A stretch of DNA of 64,000 bases from Candidatus Latescibacterota bacterium (GCA_965237675.1 OZ250150.1:5408001-5472000), one strand, 5' to 3'. Numbered from the stretch's first letter, positions 32,977 to 44,290 are shown. Notes: generated by a model from the letters alone, not told the origin. A program made the numbers and translations.

Positions 32977-33181
32977 GAAACGTCAAACGACCCGTGTGTT
33001 GTCTCCCGGCAAAGCCTCCAGGAAAGTAAGGAGGCCGTAGTCCCGCGGGTCGGCGTGCGTTGTGCCCTCTTCCAACAGAATAACGGAAAAACGGAGCATC
33101 GGTATCGATGTTGCGCTGCCGGTTTTTCCTTGATTTTGTCGGGCTGTTTTGGTAGTATAGGTACCGAAGAATTCATGATCC

Positions 33182-33274
<93 letters not shown>

Positions 33275-33355
33275 AAAAAACAAGCGCTCACCAACCCCCC
33301 GACCCCCCCACCCATCAGCGGTCAGTCGACAGCTGATATCATACGTTGATCTTCG

Positions 33356-34795
33356 ATGTCCGACACGGTCTTGCGTTTTGCGCCTTCGCCCACGGGCGGA
33401 TTTCACGTTGGCAACGCCCGGACGGCGCTGTTCAATTACCTTTACGCGCGTCACTATGGCGGCCGGCTGCATCTCCGCGTTGAAGATACCGACCGTGAAC
33501 GGTCAACCGAAGCCTCTCTGAAGACGATTCTGGACAGTCTGGATTGGCTCGGCATCGGCTTCGACGGCGAGCCGATCATCCAGTCGCACAATGCCGGAGC
33601 GCACCGAGAGGCTGTAGACCGGCTTCTGGAAATCGGACACGCTTATTATGCCTACGAGACCCCGGAAGAGGTGCGCGCCATGCAGCACCGGGCGCAGGCC
33701 GAGGGGCGGCGGGTCAGGTACAACCGTGAGATTACACCCGAACAGTGTGCGGCTTTTGAAGCCGAAGGCCGGCCGAAGACGGTGCGCTTCAAGGTCCCTC
33801 CTGGCGAGACGGTCTGGCAGGATCCCATCAGGGGCACGCAACGATGGGACAACCGCGAGGTTGAGGACTTCATCATCCTCCGGGCGGACGGATCGCCCAT
33901 TTACCACCTGGCGGTGGTTGTCGACGATCATGATCTGGGAGTGACCCTGGTGATTCGGGGCGCTGAGCATCTGTCCAATGCGCCCAAGCAGGTGATGCTT
34001 TTTCAGGCTCTGGGATGGGCGTTCCCCGCGTACGCGCACACGACATTGCTTATGGGACCCGATGGGAGGAAGCTGAGCAAACGCCTGGGCGCAACGACCG
34101 TCACCGAATACCGGCAGCGGGGCTATCTGCCCGAAGCGTTGTTTAATTTCCTGGCGCTTCAGGGTTGGGCGCCGAAAGATGGCCGGGAGGTGTTCACACG
34201 CGAGGAACTGATTGAGGCGTTTTCCGTCGAGGGGATGCTCAAGAAGAATGCGGAGTTCGACGATCGAAAGCTGGAATGGCTGAACGGGGAGCACTTGCGG
34301 GCGAAACCGGCTTCCGAACTCCTGGAGATGGCTGTTATTCGGTGGATCGACGCCGGCTGGATATTGGCCGACGATGCGAAAACCCGGAAGGCGGGTCTGC
34401 TTAAGGCGGTGAAACTGATGCGGCCGCGCATTCATACGGCGCGGGATTTTTTGAATTACGGGTATTTTTTCAACGATCCGGAAGTCTACGAGGATAAAGC
34501 CCGCAAAAAGCACTGGAAGGCCGATAGCCCGCCGCGGCTCGAGGCATTGATCGAGAGGCTGGAGGCGCTGGCCGATTTCGACGAGCGGGCGATTGAAGGC
34601 GCCACGCGCACGCTCTCAGGGCAACTGGGCATCTCTACCGGAAAGCTGATCCACCCCACACGCCTCGTGCTCAGCGGCACAGGCATCGGCCCGGGGCTGT
34701 TTGAAATGATGGCCGTGCTGGGTCGAGACACGTGCATCCGGCGAATGAAAACCGGCCTGGAAAGACTGGGACATAAGGAGACCAATCCTCGATAA
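33356..34795 (+). CDS. gltX: Glutamate--tRNA ligase
   Basis: RFAPSPTG, HVGN, RVEDTD, VVVDDH, KLSKR. Confidence 0.95.
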   Translation: MSDTVLRFAPSPTGGFHVGNARTALFNYLYARHYGGRLHLRVEDTDRERSTEASLKTILDSLDWLGIGFDGEPIIQSHNAGAHREAVDRLLEIGHAYYAYETPEEVRAMQHRAQAEGRRVRYNREITPEQCAAFEAEGRPKTVRFKVPPGETVWQDPIRGTQRWDNREVEDFIILRADGSPIYHLAVVVDDHDLGVTLVIRGAEHLSNAPKQVMLFQALGWAFPAYAHTTLLMGPDGRKLSKRLGATTVTEYRQRGYLPEALFNFLALQGWAPKDGREVFTREELIEAFSVEGMLKKNAEFDDRKLEWLNGEHLRAKPASELLEMAVIRWIDAGWILADDAKTRKAGLLKAVKLMRPRIHTARDFLNYGYFFNDPEVYEDKARKKHWKADSPPRLEALIERLEALADFDERAIEGATRTLSGQLGISTGKLIHPTRLVLSGTGIGPGLFEMMAVLGRDTCIRRMKTGLERLGHKETNPR

Positions 34796-34822
34796 GTTAA
34801 CGATGCGTACAACCGATGTGGC

Positions 34823-34896
34823 TGCCCCCTCGTCTAATGGCAAGACATGCGGCTCTGGACCGTAGTATCGGGGTTCGAATCCCTGGGGGGCAGCCA
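34823..34896 (+). tRNA. tRNA-Gln(CTG)
   Basis: TGCCCCC/GGGGGCA acceptor stem; anticodon loop CTCTGGA; TTCGAAT; CCA. Confidence 0.93.
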
Positions 34897-34939
34897 GAAT
34901 CTTTCTGCCAGGGTCGTAAGTTATCGCCGTCCCTGGGAT

Positions 34940-35082
34940 TCGATCTCACTTCGTCGCATCTCCTGGCTGATCGGATTGCGGGTATTGACGACGTGCAACG
35001 TCTCAAGGAGTTGGACCGCGCGGCGGTCCAGGTATCCGGTCTCGAGGCATTCAGCCAATTGTTGGATCAGGAACCGAACTGA
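34940..35082 (+). pseudogene. C-terminal remnant of an Rpn/DUF4351-like protein
   Basis: LADRIAGIDDVQRLKELDRAAVQVSGLEAFSQLL resembles the tail of Rpn/ISNCY-associated proteins; no start. Confidence 0.45.
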
Positions 35083-35224
35083 CTTCCATACCCCAAATAC
35101 CCTTCGCCTGAAAAGACAAAACAGGCCAATGTACGCTTGTCGTGTGTTGTCCTGTTCTTATATCGATACGAGCGTACATGCCGTATCTCGATTGCAGAAT
35201 CCGGGTCCGGCCGGTATCAACCCA

Positions 35225-36028
35225 TTATCTGCACCCATATGCCCGTGGAATCTGTCGATATTGCCCGGGGGTCATTCCCGCCTGTTTGCGAAAGGCTTCG
35301 GATAATCGACTTTGACTCTTGAAGCCGCATTGTGCCGCAATGACGTGCATACGATCGCCCGTGAATCTGAGCATGCGCTTGGCCCTCTCGATCCGGTGAT
35401 ACCGCAGGCGATTTCGAAAGGATGTACCAAGCCGGTTACGAAACAGCTTCGAGACGTATGCAGGCGATAAATTGAATTGCCTGCCCAGATCGCTTCGACG
35501 AAGCGAGGGATTGGAGGCATGTTCTTTCAGATACACGTCCATCCGGCTCGCAAGGGTCTCCAGTTCAGGGTACAGGCGATCGAGCGATTCGTGGATCGAG
35601 GCAGACAGTTCATCTTCGTCAACCGGTTTGACGAGGACATCCCGGGCACCGGCCTTCATCGCACCAACGGCTGTCTCGGTGGCGTCGGTGTCGATCAGGA
35701 TGATGACGTCGGTGCGCGGGGATTCCTGCCGGACGGTCCGCAGAATTTCCAGACCGTTAAGATCCGGCAGGTCGATGTTCAGGATGTCAATATCGACATT
35801 CGAGGTACGGATGAATTGGAGCGCTTCGCGACCGAACCGGGTTGTCTGTACACGCCACGTCTCCGACGCCAGCCGGATGATGTTCCGCAGCCGCCTGCAA
35901 ACTGTGCTGTCGCGATCCGCGACGAGGAATCTGATGCTCCGGCCCGGTTCGCGAGACGTTGGAATCTGGTTGGCTGCGATTGACACAATAAGGAATGTTC
36001 TTTGAATTTCCGGAACTGAGGGTCGCAT
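35225..36028 (-). CDS. Atypical response regulator (degenerate REC + AraC HTH)
   Basis: REC fold with ILNID at the usual phospho-Asp position; AraC motifs YVSKLF, RIERAKRML, IAAQCGFKSQSRLSEAFRK..GMTP. Confidence 0.82.
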   Translation of the reverse strand: MRPSVPEIQRTFLIVSIAANQIPTSREPGRSIRFLVADRDSTVCRRLRNIIRLASETWRVQTTRFGREALQFIRTSNVDIDILNIDLPDLNGLEILRTVRQESPRTDVIILIDTDATETAVGAMKAGARDVLVKPVDEDELSASIHESLDRLYPELETLASRMDVYLKEHASNPSLRRSDLGRQFNLSPAYVSKLFRNRLGTSFRNRLRYHRIERAKRMLRFTGDRMHVIAAQCGFKSQSRLSEAFRKQAGMTPGQYRQIPRAYGCR

Positions 36029-36497
36029 CCCGTCTCACTGCACAGACGTGCCGGGTGAAAAAAGGTGTCCGCCTTCCTGGATAACCGTCGGTTTTCGACT
36101 TTGGCCGGTCAGGGAGCCGACGGTTTTTTAGTTCCGGCCGTACAGCGGATTTTCCTTCGGAACCGTTGTGCGCTGCGGCCCGGACGCCCTGATTTCCGGT
36201 GACGAACCCTGCGCCGGCTCCGCTTTCCTGATCATGAACACATCCGTTCCCAATGGTCGACTCGGACGACGCGCATGCCGACACAGATGGATAAAGGTTG
36301 GCACGCGTCCCGTAGCGGGAGCACGAAATTTGGTAAGACCTTTTAACAAAATTATAATATAACCCGGCGCCTGTGATCTGAATGTGGTAATAGAGTCCAT
36401 TCTGGTGGAATTTCGATGAAAACCGTGACTGTTCGACGCCATCGGACGCCGAACCGACGTCCGTGCCGGTGGTCCGAAGAGACAGCTCCCATTCCCT

Positions 36498-36676
36498 TCA
36501 ACAGACGGCGAAATCGTGCCATTGGTTGAACACGAACGGCGCCACATACTCGGCGTGTCGAATCCACCAACTGGCGGATAAAGGGGGCCAGGGGAGTGGC
36601 GGCGCTACTGGGATTGCCGCCATCAACCCTGTATGGAAAAATGAAAAAACTGGGAATAAAAAATCAAATTGGTTAG
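36498..36676 (+). pseudogene. Frameshifted remnant of a Fis-type HTH from an FhlA/NtrC-family activator
   Basis: Manual translation IVPLVEHERRHILGV / ESTNWRIKGARGVAALLGLPPSTLYGKMKKLGI with a 1-nt frameshift near 36557. Confidence 0.7.
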
Positions 36677-36704
36677 CGTAGATTGTATATTTGATGACGG
36701 CGAA

Positions 36705-37652
36705 ATGACGATACCGTTCGCGCAGGCTTTGGAGGAAGGAGATCTGTCCGCGATAAAGCACGCGCCGAAAGCCGAATACCACCGGCATCACTTCTTTGGA
36801 ACGCGGATCGAAAACGTGGAGCGGTGGCTCGGGCACGCGCTGGCGAGACCGATCTTCCCGATGCGAAGTCTGAGAGGGATGATGGACTACGCCGGCAGCG
36901 CCCTGAACCCCTATCTCAACTCCCGGGCAGGGTGTGAATTCACGTCCCGGGCGGCGGTGGAAGAAGCAATAGAAGACGGCATCCGGCGCCTTGAGATGAG
37001 TTTCGACGTGCGTTCGGCCGGGCACTTCGAGACCGGCCTGGCGGGTTTTGCGTCGTTCATCCGGGACCTGGTGGAGCGAAATCGCGACCGGATCGATCTC
37101 AGGCCGGAACTGGGGATCCCGCGGGAGATCGTCGGCGATAGGGTGATGGCAAATCGCGCCCGTGACGGAATCGAGTCCGGCCTGTTCCACTCCATAGACA
37201 TTTACGGGGACGAACACGCGTGTTCCCTCGACGACGTGCTTCCGCTCTACAGACAGGCGCGATCGGCCGGGATGAAACTGAAGGCGCACGTGGGTGAATT
37301 CGGCGGGGCTGATCGGGTGCGGGAAACCGCGGAAGCACTCGGGCTGGACGAAGTACAACACGGAATCGCCGCGGCGGAATCCCCGAGCGTCATGCGCTGG
37401 CTTTCGAACAACCGGATTCGCCTGCACGTCTGCCCGTCCGGCAACGTCATGCTGGGTGCAACCGACTCGTTGGCGTCACATCCCATCCGCACGTTGTTCG
37501 ATCAGGGCGTGGAAGTGACGGTCAATACGGACGATCCGATGATCTTCGGGCAGAGCGTGTCGCAAGAATATCTGAACCTGTTCGAAGCCGGAGTTTTCAG
37601 CGCGGAAGAGCTTGACGGGATAAGATCCGCATCGATGACGGAGCGATCCTGA
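36705..37652 (+). CDS. Adenosine deaminase family protein
   Basis: KAEYHRH, KAHVGE, VQHG, CPSGN, VNTDD. Confidence 0.85.
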   Translation: MTIPFAQALEEGDLSAIKHAPKAEYHRHHFFGTRIENVERWLGHALARPIFPMRSLRGMMDYAGSALNPYLNSRAGCEFTSRAAVEEAIEDGIRRLEMSFDVRSAGHFETGLAGFASFIRDLVERNRDRIDLRPELGIPREIVGDRVMANRARDGIESGLFHSIDIYGDEHACSLDDVLPLYRQARSAGMKLKAHVGEFGGADRVRETAEALGLDEVQHGIAAAESPSVMRWLSNNRIRLHVCPSGNVMLGATDSLASHPIRTLFDQGVEVTVNTDDPMIFGQSVSQEYLNLFEAGVFSAEELDGIRSASMTERS

Positions 37653-37762
37653 CGGTCACCCCTTTTTGCAGAATCGGACGTTCGATCACCCTGACTCATT
37701 CAGTCCTCTCTCTCGAGAAACAATCTCCAGCGGGCGCGAGGCCCTGATACGGAGTCCAACCC

Positions 37763-38752
37763 ATGCGTGATATCGTGTTGTTCGGCGGCACGGCACACCC
37801 GGAGCTGGCCGATAACATCTGCGAAAACCTGGGCGTTGCGCGCAGCAGAAGCACGGTGAACCAGTTCAGCAACGGCTGCATCCAGGTGCAACTGGAAGCC
37901 AACTGCCGGGAAGCCGACGTGTTTCTCATACAACCCCTTGTGATGCCCGTTCACGATCATCTGATGGAATTGCTGCAGATGCTGGACGCGGCACGGGGCG
38001 CATCGGCTGCTCGCACGACGGCCGTGATCCCCTATTTCGGATATGCGCGATCGGACAAAAAGGACGCCCCTCGTATCTCCATCGCCGCACGGCTGGTCGC
38101 GGATCTGCTCGTCACCGCCGGCGCCAGGCGCGTGCTCACGATGACGCTGCACGCGTCCCAGGTGCACGGATTCTTCAGTGTGCCCGTAGACCACCTCAAC
38201 GCGTTGCACATTCTGGCAGGCCATTTTCAGGGCCGGGACCTCGAGAATACCGTGGTGTTATCGCCCGACCTCGGCAGGGCGAAAGAGGCGGCCCAGTTCG
38301 CCAGGATGCTGGGATTGCCGGTGGCCGCGGGCAGCAAACGCCGGATCAGCGACCGGAAGGTCGTCATCGACGCGATCGTGGGCAACGTCAACGGAAAACG
38401 GGTCATTGTCCTGGACGACGAGATCGCCACTGGCGGGACGATTGTCGAATTGATCCGCCGGCTCCAGGATCAGAAGGTCAACCATATCACCATCGCCTGC
38501 ACCCACGGCCTCTTTACGGGCGATGCCCTCGAGCGCTTCTGCACATTCGACGAAGTGCGTGAAATGGTCACAACGGATACGGTCCCCCGGCCCGCGGCGA
38601 TTCAGTCGCACCCGAAACTGGCGACTTTGTCCGTGGCGCCCCTGCTTGCGGAAGCCATTCGCAGAATTCACAATGGTGAGTCGGTCAGCAGCCTGTTCAC
38701 GGCGCCGGAATGGATCACGGCAGATGATGCTGAGCGTGCACCCTCCCCCTGA
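37763..38752 (+). CDS. prs: Ribose-phosphate pyrophosphokinase
   Basis: PYFGYARSDKK, LHASQVHGFF, SPDLG, LDDEIATGGT. Confidence 0.93.
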   Translation: MRDIVLFGGTAHPELADNICENLGVARSRSTVNQFSNGCIQVQLEANCREADVFLIQPLVMPVHDHLMELLQMLDAARGASAARTTAVIPYFGYARSDKKDAPRISIAARLVADLLVTAGARRVLTMTLHASQVHGFFSVPVDHLNALHILAGHFQGRDLENTVVLSPDLGRAKEAAQFARMLGLPVAAGSKRRISDRKVVIDAIVGNVNGKRVIVLDDEIATGGTIVELIRRLQDQKVNHITIACTHGLFTGDALERFCTFDEVREMVTTDTVPRPAAIQSHPKLATLSVAPLLAEAIRRIHNGESVSSLFTAPEWITADDAERAPSP

Positions 38753-38962
38753 TGCGCTCACGGCGGTTCCGTTTCCTGTTTTCACGATTCCTGTCGTAAG
38801 GCTTGTCGCATAACGCCAGAGGTTTTATATTGGATGCGCGTTGTGATTCTCAGGAGATCCACAACCGGGTCACCCGATGTTTTGAAGTGTTCTTGCCTGC
38901 AATGATGCGGCGCAGCCCGCTTCGGCGCGTTCGATGGCTGGAGATCGATTCTTCGATATGAG

Positions 38963-40696
38963 GTGATGACGATGAAGGATGCAGTCGCCAACGGCGTCGG
39001 CGTTGAAGACGAAACCCCTTCGGATTTCATCCGTGACGCCATCCGGCAGGACCTGGCAGCCGGCCGGTACGATAGTGTGATGACCCGCTTTCCCCCCGAA
39101 CCGAACGGTTATATGCATATTGGCAACGCCTTCGGGTTCTGCCTGAATTTCGGCGTGGCCGACGACTTCGGCGGGGTGTGCAATCTTCGCTTCGACGATA
39201 CGAATCCGGTACGGGAAGAGACGGAATTTGTCGAATCCATCAAGGAGGATATCAGGTGGATGGGGTTCGACTGGGACGACCGACTGTATTTCGCGTCGGA
39301 CTATTTCGGCGATCTTTATGAATTGGCCGTCAGGTTGATCAAAAAGGGCAAGGCCTACGTGTGCGATCTGAGCGTTGAGGAAATCCGGGAATACCGGGGC
39401 ACCCTGAACGCGCCGGGAAAGGACAGCCCCTATCGCGGCCGGCCGCCCGAGGAGAACCTGGACCTGTTCGCGCGGATGAAAGCAGGTGAATTTGCCGAGG
39501 GGACCCGAACGCTGCGCGCGAAGATCGACATGGCGTCTCCGAATATCAATATGCGCGACCCGGTGATGTACCGGATTATCCACGCGGAACATCACCGGAC
39601 GGGCGACACCTGGTGCATCTATCCGACGTACGATTGGGCGCACGGTCAGTCGGACGCCATCGAGGGCGTCACCCATTCGCTGTGCAGCATCGAGTTCGCC
39701 GATCACCGACCCCTTTACGACTGGTACATCGAGAAACTGGGGATTTTCCCGTCGCGGCAGATCGAATTTTCCCGGTTGAATCTGACGTATACCGTGGTGA
39801 GCAAGCGGCATCTGCGACCCCTGGTGGAAGAGGGTCACGTAACGGGCTGGGACGATCCTCGCATGCCCACGCTGAGGGCCAAGCGCCGGGCCGGGGTGCC
39901 GCCGGAGGCGATCCGGGATTTCATCCGGCGGGCGGGATTGAACCGGCGGTCCACGCTGGCGGAGATGGAACTCTTCGAATCGTACGTGCGCGAACATCTG
40001 AACAGGACGTCGCCACGCGTCATGGGGGTGATCGATCCGCTCAAGGTGGTGATCGAAAATTATCCTGAGGATCTGGAAGAGACGTTCGAGGCGCAGATCA
40101 ATCCGGAGGATCCGTCGGCTGGGACGCGCGCGGTGCCGTTCTCGCGCGAGATCTACATCGAGCGGGAGGATTTCATGGAAGACCCGCCTCGCAGATTCCA
40201 CCGCCTCGCTCCGGGACGGGAGGTCCGGCTGCGCGCGGCCTGCTACGTCACGTGCAGGGAGGTCGTCAAGGACAACGATGGAAACGTCGTGGAATTGCGC
40301 TGTACGTTCGATCCGGAAAGCCGCGGCGGGTCGTCGCCGGACGGCCGCAGGGTACGCGGCACCCTGCACTGGGTGTCGGTCAGACACGCCGTTGAGGCCG
40401 AGGTCCGGTTGTACGACCGTCTCTTCAGGGTCAAGAACCCGCAGGAGATCACGGATGACTTTGCCGGCGCCCTGAACCCGGATTCGCTGGTTGTGCGGCC
40501 CAAGTGTTACGTGGAGCCCGGGCTGAAAGGCGCCGAACCGGGGAGCCGGTACCAGTTCGAGCGGCTGGGCTATTTCTGCGTGGACCCGGATTCGACGCCC
40601 GAAAAGCCGGTATTCAACCGGACGATCACGCTGCGGGATTCATGGGCGCGGATGCAGAAAAAAGGGAATCCGATCAAAACTCGGCGCAGGAAATAG
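38963..40696 (+). CDS. glnS: Glutamine--tRNA ligase
   Basis: [46 protein letters not shown]. Confidence 0.93.
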   Translation: MMTMKDAVANGVGVEDETPSDFIRDAIRQDLAAGRYDSVMTRFPPEPNGYMHIGNAFGFCLNFGVADDFGGVCNLRFDDTNPVREETEFVESIKEDIRWMGFDWDDRLYFASDYFGDLYELAVRLIKKGKAYVCDLSVEEIREYRGTLNAPGKDSPYRGRPPEENLDLFARMKAGEFAEGTRTLRAKIDMASPNINMRDPVMYRIIHAEHHRTGDTWCIYPTYDWAHGQSDAIEGVTHSLCSIEFADHRPLYDWYIEKLGIFPSRQIEFSRLNLTYTVVSKRHLRPLVEEGHVTGWDDPRMPTLRAKRRAGVPPEAIRDFIRRAGLNRRSTLAEMELFESYVREHLNRTSPRVMGVIDPLKVVIENYPEDLEETFEAQINPEDPSAGTRAVPFSREIYIEREDFMEDPPRRFHRLAPGREVRLRAACYVTCREVVKDNDGNVVELRCTFDPESRGGSSPDGRRVRGTLHWVSVRHAVEAEVRLYDRLFRVKNPQEITDDFAGALNPDSLVVRPKCYVEPGLKGAEPGSRYQFERLGYFCVDPDSTPEKPVFNRTITLRDSWARMQKKGNPIKTRRRK

Positions 40697-40883
40697 GTAA
40701 AGCCCGGACGCGTCCCTCTGTTACGTCGTAACGATAACTTTCCGGGAAAGCATTCAAATGGCGGTTGAACCCGAGACTTCGAGATTTTCCAGGGAGGATG
40801 AAAAAGGCGAGGCGCCCGTACGGCAGACCGGATGGGTATCGTTGTCTCCGGTACGGTTTGCGAACGGATAAGATATTCGGATC

Positions 40884-41264
40884 TTACTGCGCAGGAGTTT
40901 CACCGTTTTCATTGAAAGGCGGAGGCGTTTGAAATCGTGTCCCTCTTGCCTCTTCGTCGGCAATCCATTTTTCAACCTGTTGTCGTACTTCTTGACGGCC
41001 TTTTTCTAAGCCTTTTTTCAGATTTCTCGCCTTTACCCACTCAGTTATTGCACCCATTGCATCCTTTACCTCCACGAAAAAATATGCCGTCGTAACTGCC
41101 AGAATTCCTACGGTTATAAGGTCTTTCAGAAGCTCAAAGCCCCATTGCCAATCTCGGAAAACCCAGATTCGAAGAATCAGACCGACCACATATAGCACCA
41201 GGGAAACAATCCTGAACCAAAGCCGTTCATCTTCCTTGACGCTCCAGATTGATACCCACTTCAT
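40884..41264 (-). CDS. Hypothetical membrane protein (AT-rich)
   Basis: Two TM segments and a charged tail GLEKGRQE. Confidence 0.5.
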   Translation of the reverse strand: MKWVSIWSVKEDERLWFRIVSLVLYVVGLILRIWVFRDWQWGFELLKDLITVGILAVTTAYFFVEVKDAMGAITEWVKARNLKKGLEKGRQEVRQQVEKWIADEEARGTRFQTPPPFNENGETPAQ

Positions 41265-41663
41265 ATGTGCGCTTTTCTTCCCCAGATGCCGCCAATCCCA
41301 TGCTGGCTTTTTGCCCACACGAAACAATGCGAATGTAATAATGATATCAAACCAGGCTCCATAATTCAAGAAGGAATTCGGCGGACCGCATCGCGCCACA
41401 ATCAAAGGGCGGCAGCCACGAAAAGGATAACCTCCACCTTTTTTACGGTCACTGCAACCACGTCAAGGGGGATGAACCCATGGAATACCTGAACGCAAAA
41501 CTGAAAACCTCTGCTGGGTGATCCAAACCAGCCCCGCGATTGCCATTTGAGATATTTCGGAAAAATTGAACCTGAAGAGACGTGTCGCACATGCAGAATG
41601 CCCGCGCGGGTGAATTAACCGTCCGGGCATTCTCGTATAAGGTGTCGATTTAACGACTGGAGG

Positions 41664-41764
41664 CTTGTGTCCCGTCCCAGAAATATGTCACCATTCAACC
41701 GCCTGTCTGCGTGCGTGAGACTACACGCACAGGCAGGCCGATTCATCCCATCTCGCTGCGTTGC
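41664..41764 (-). repeat. Right-half copy of the MITE-like element carrying a nested hairpin insertion
   Basis: Matches the reverse complement of about 30339-30403, interrupted by a 36-bp palindrome at 41702-41737. Confidence 0.75.
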
Positions 41765-42315
41765 TAAAAGGCGGTGAGACGGAAGAGGTAAGCCGTGTTA
41801 GTTACTTTCCCGTATCACTCGTCCGCAAATGGACACTCGTTGTGCGAAACGAGAAGTGGATTGCGCAGCGGAGCGCAAGACCTACCCCCTTTCCCCTTCC
41901 TGAAGGAAGGGGAGAACTGGCATTGGTTGACGACATAACGACAGTTAAAGAATCCACGCGACAACTTGTTACGGGTCAACGCTCGTCTCCCCCTTTCCTT
42001 ATAGGTGCCAGCAGAGACGGCGTTCGCTTAATTTTTGTTTCGTGGCGGGTGAAATTTCGCAATCATGCGTATATTTTTATTAATATCAATTATTTATATT
42101 TGTTCTTAATTTGCTTCTCACCCTTCGACCGTGCCGTTCATGACCGGGGGAGCAGTTGTTTCTCCTGGCCGACATGTGAATCCGATGCACGCATGTGGCG
42201 AACAATCGACAGTCGCCGCGGTTGAAATTTGGGTTGTAAATCCGCCAGGGGTCGCTTATCGTAAAACGCCGATACCGGCGGACTTCCTCGGTGTCATCGG
42301 ATTGAATGGAAAAAG

Positions 42316-42780
42316 ATGTCCGATAGACAATTGAAATTGAAAGTCATGTGTTCACAGTTACCGGGACTTCGTTTCGAAGACCCTTACAATCATGAACCAA
42401 AATTAAAGGCGCCTGTCTACCTTGGCATCCAGCGCGGGACCGAGGTTATCGATCAGGTTCCCGCGGACCGTCATCGGGCGGTGTTCTATCCCGAGTTCCA
42501 GATCCGGAAGAAACCCGACGGTTCGCCGAACCTCCTGGGTCCGTACGCCCAGGGCAGGCCCCTGGACCGGTTCTTCTATCTCTCCTGGGGCGTGAAGCGG
42601 TCCGATCGATTTGAGATGTTCCGGCGGCTGAAGATCCGCCTCACCCATTTGCAATGGCCGCAGATCGACCGAGCGCTTGACGCTGACGAACCCATTGTCG
42701 TGAAGCTCAGGCTTACGGACGACCGCGGCGGCCCCCTTTGCGGAACGCCGGACAGTGCGCGGATTACGTGGGAACGCTAA
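42316..42780 (+). CDS. DUF5990-like protein
   Basis: GPYAQG...RFFYLSWG...MFRRLKI...GGPLC pattern. Confidence 0.6.
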   Translation: MSDRQLKLKVMCSQLPGLRFEDPYNHEPKLKAPVYLGIQRGTEVIDQVPADRHRAVFYPEFQIRKKPDGSPNLLGPYAQGRPLDRFFYLSWGVKRSDRFEMFRRLKIRLTHLQWPQIDRALDADEPIVVKLRLTDDRGGPLCGTPDSARITWER

Positions 42781-42835
42781 TCACTTTACGGATACTCGAA
42801 TATTGCGATCCATTCCTCTCAGAAGACGATATACT

Positions 42836-43006
42836 ATGAAAACGAAGAAGACCTTTGATTGTGTTGAAATGAAACGACGTGGCTCTGAACGAATCCAAAG
42901 TCTGACCGCAGGCATGACGATCGAAGAACAGTTGGATTTCTGGAAGGAACGGACGGAGATGTTGCGAAATCACCAGAAATCGGAGAGGAAACTAAATGGC
43001 CGTTGA
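42836..43006 (+). CDS. Small protein resembling PIN-toxin-associated antitoxins (orphan)
   Basis: MKTKKTFDCVEMKRRG...MTIEEQLDFW; no intact partner nearby. Confidence 0.5.
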   Translation: MKTKKTFDCVEMKRRGSERIQSLTAGMTIEEQLDFWKERTEMLRNHQKSERKLNGR

Positions 43007-43661
43007 ACCCGTCGCGTTGAAATTTCTGGCGACAGAGGAGAAGGGCGATGTGTCGGCGTTGATCGCGCGGCCCAGCGGCGGGAAAGCGCTACTGGTGTTG
43101 GGCCATGGAGCGGGCACCAACATACGTCACCCGTTTATCCATGACTTGAGCGATGCGTTGAACGACGCAGGCGTTGCCTCGTTTCGTTTCAACTATCCCT
43201 ATTCCGAGAAGGGCGGCGGCATGGACGGCGAGAAGGTGCGCCTGGCAACCGTGCGCGCCGCGATCGCAACCGCGATGAAGGAGGCGGGAGGGCTGCCGGT
43301 GTTCGCCGGGGGACATTCCATGAGCGGGCGCATGGTCTCGATGGCCTGTGCCCGGGAACCGATAGAGGGATTGAAGGGCCTCGTGTTTTTCGCATTTCCC
43401 CTGCACTCGGGCAGGCCGAATACGGAGCGCGCGACGCATCTCCATGATGTCACGGTGCCCATGCTGTTTCTGTCGGGCCAGCGGGACAAGATGGCGGATC
43501 TGCAACTTCTGGAGCCGGTGGTGGAGAATCTGGACCGGGCGACGCTCCACGTGGTGGATACGGCGGATCACGGATTCAAAGTGCTGAAACGGAGGAACAC
43601 CGACGAACCCGTGCTGGCGGAACTGGCACGGGTGGCGGGCGGTTGGATGCAGGGAATTTGA
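42996..43661 (+). CDS. Alpha/beta hydrolase family protein
   Basis: HGAG, GGHSMSGR nucleophile elbow, FPLH, GQRD, ADHGF. Confidence 0.85.
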   Translation: MAVEPVALKFLATEEKGDVSALIARPSGGKALLVLGHGAGTNIRHPFIHDLSDALNDAGVASFRFNYPYSEKGGGMDGEKVRLATVRAAIATAMKEAGGLPVFAGGHSMSGRMVSMACAREPIEGLKGLVFFAFPLHSGRPNTERATHLHDVTVPMLFLSGQRDKMADLQLLEPVVENLDRATLHVVDTADHGFKVLKRRNTDEPVLAELARVAGGWMQGI

Positions 43662-43712
43662 AGAATCCAGATTATCGCTCGCCGACGAACGACGATTCGG
43701 AGGGACAGCAAT

Positions 43713-44171
43713 ATGATCGAAAAAATCAATTTATCGGACATCGAAGAGATATCGCGCCATTCACCCAAACGAAAATTCCAGGTGTCGCGGAAGGATGTCT
43801 CCGGCGCATTGAAGACTGAGGGGCAGCCGTTCGAGGTCGATTGGGTGCGGTTGCAGCCGGGCATGACCAACTTCCCCTACCACGCGCACCAGGTCCAGTG
43901 GGAGTTCTACATCGTGGTCAGCGGACGGGGCATCGTGCGGCGCAACGACCGCACGTTCGAGGTGGGCGCAGGCGACGTGTTCGTTCAACCGCCCGGCACG
44001 GCGCACCATATCCGCAATCCCAGCGCGGATGAGGAACTGATCTACTACGTGATTGCCGACAATCCCGTATGCGACCCGTGCTATTATCCCGATTCCGACA
44101 AGTGGGCGATCCGACCGCCGGGGAAACTGGGCCGCATCACAGACGCGGAATACTACGACGGGGAAGAGTAA
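43713..44171 (+). CDS. Cupin domain protein
   Basis: YHAH..QWEFYIVVSG; PGTAHHIRN; YYPDSDK. Confidence 0.85.
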   Translation: MIEKINLSDIEEISRHSPKRKFQVSRKDVSGALKTEGQPFEVDWVRLQPGMTNFPYHAHQVQWEFYIVVSGRGIVRRNDRTFEVGAGDVFVQPPGTAHHIRNPSADEELIYYVIADNPVCDPCYYPDSDKWAIRPPGKLGRITDAEYYDGEE

Positions 44172-44290
44172 ACCGTCGAGAGAAACACCCGGCGAAAAGC
44201 CGGTCCCGTATCGCGCGGGCGTTTCAGGTCCTTCACGAGGTCGAGGCGGCATCGCCCCTGATTTTTCGAAGAGCCCGCATCCGGGCGATC

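Noticed and set aside
41406-41418. GGGCGGCAGCCA resembling the tRNA-Gln 3' end as a possible attR of an island
   Set aside because: Only an 11/12 short match, no integrase, and housekeeping genes (prs, glnS) lie in between
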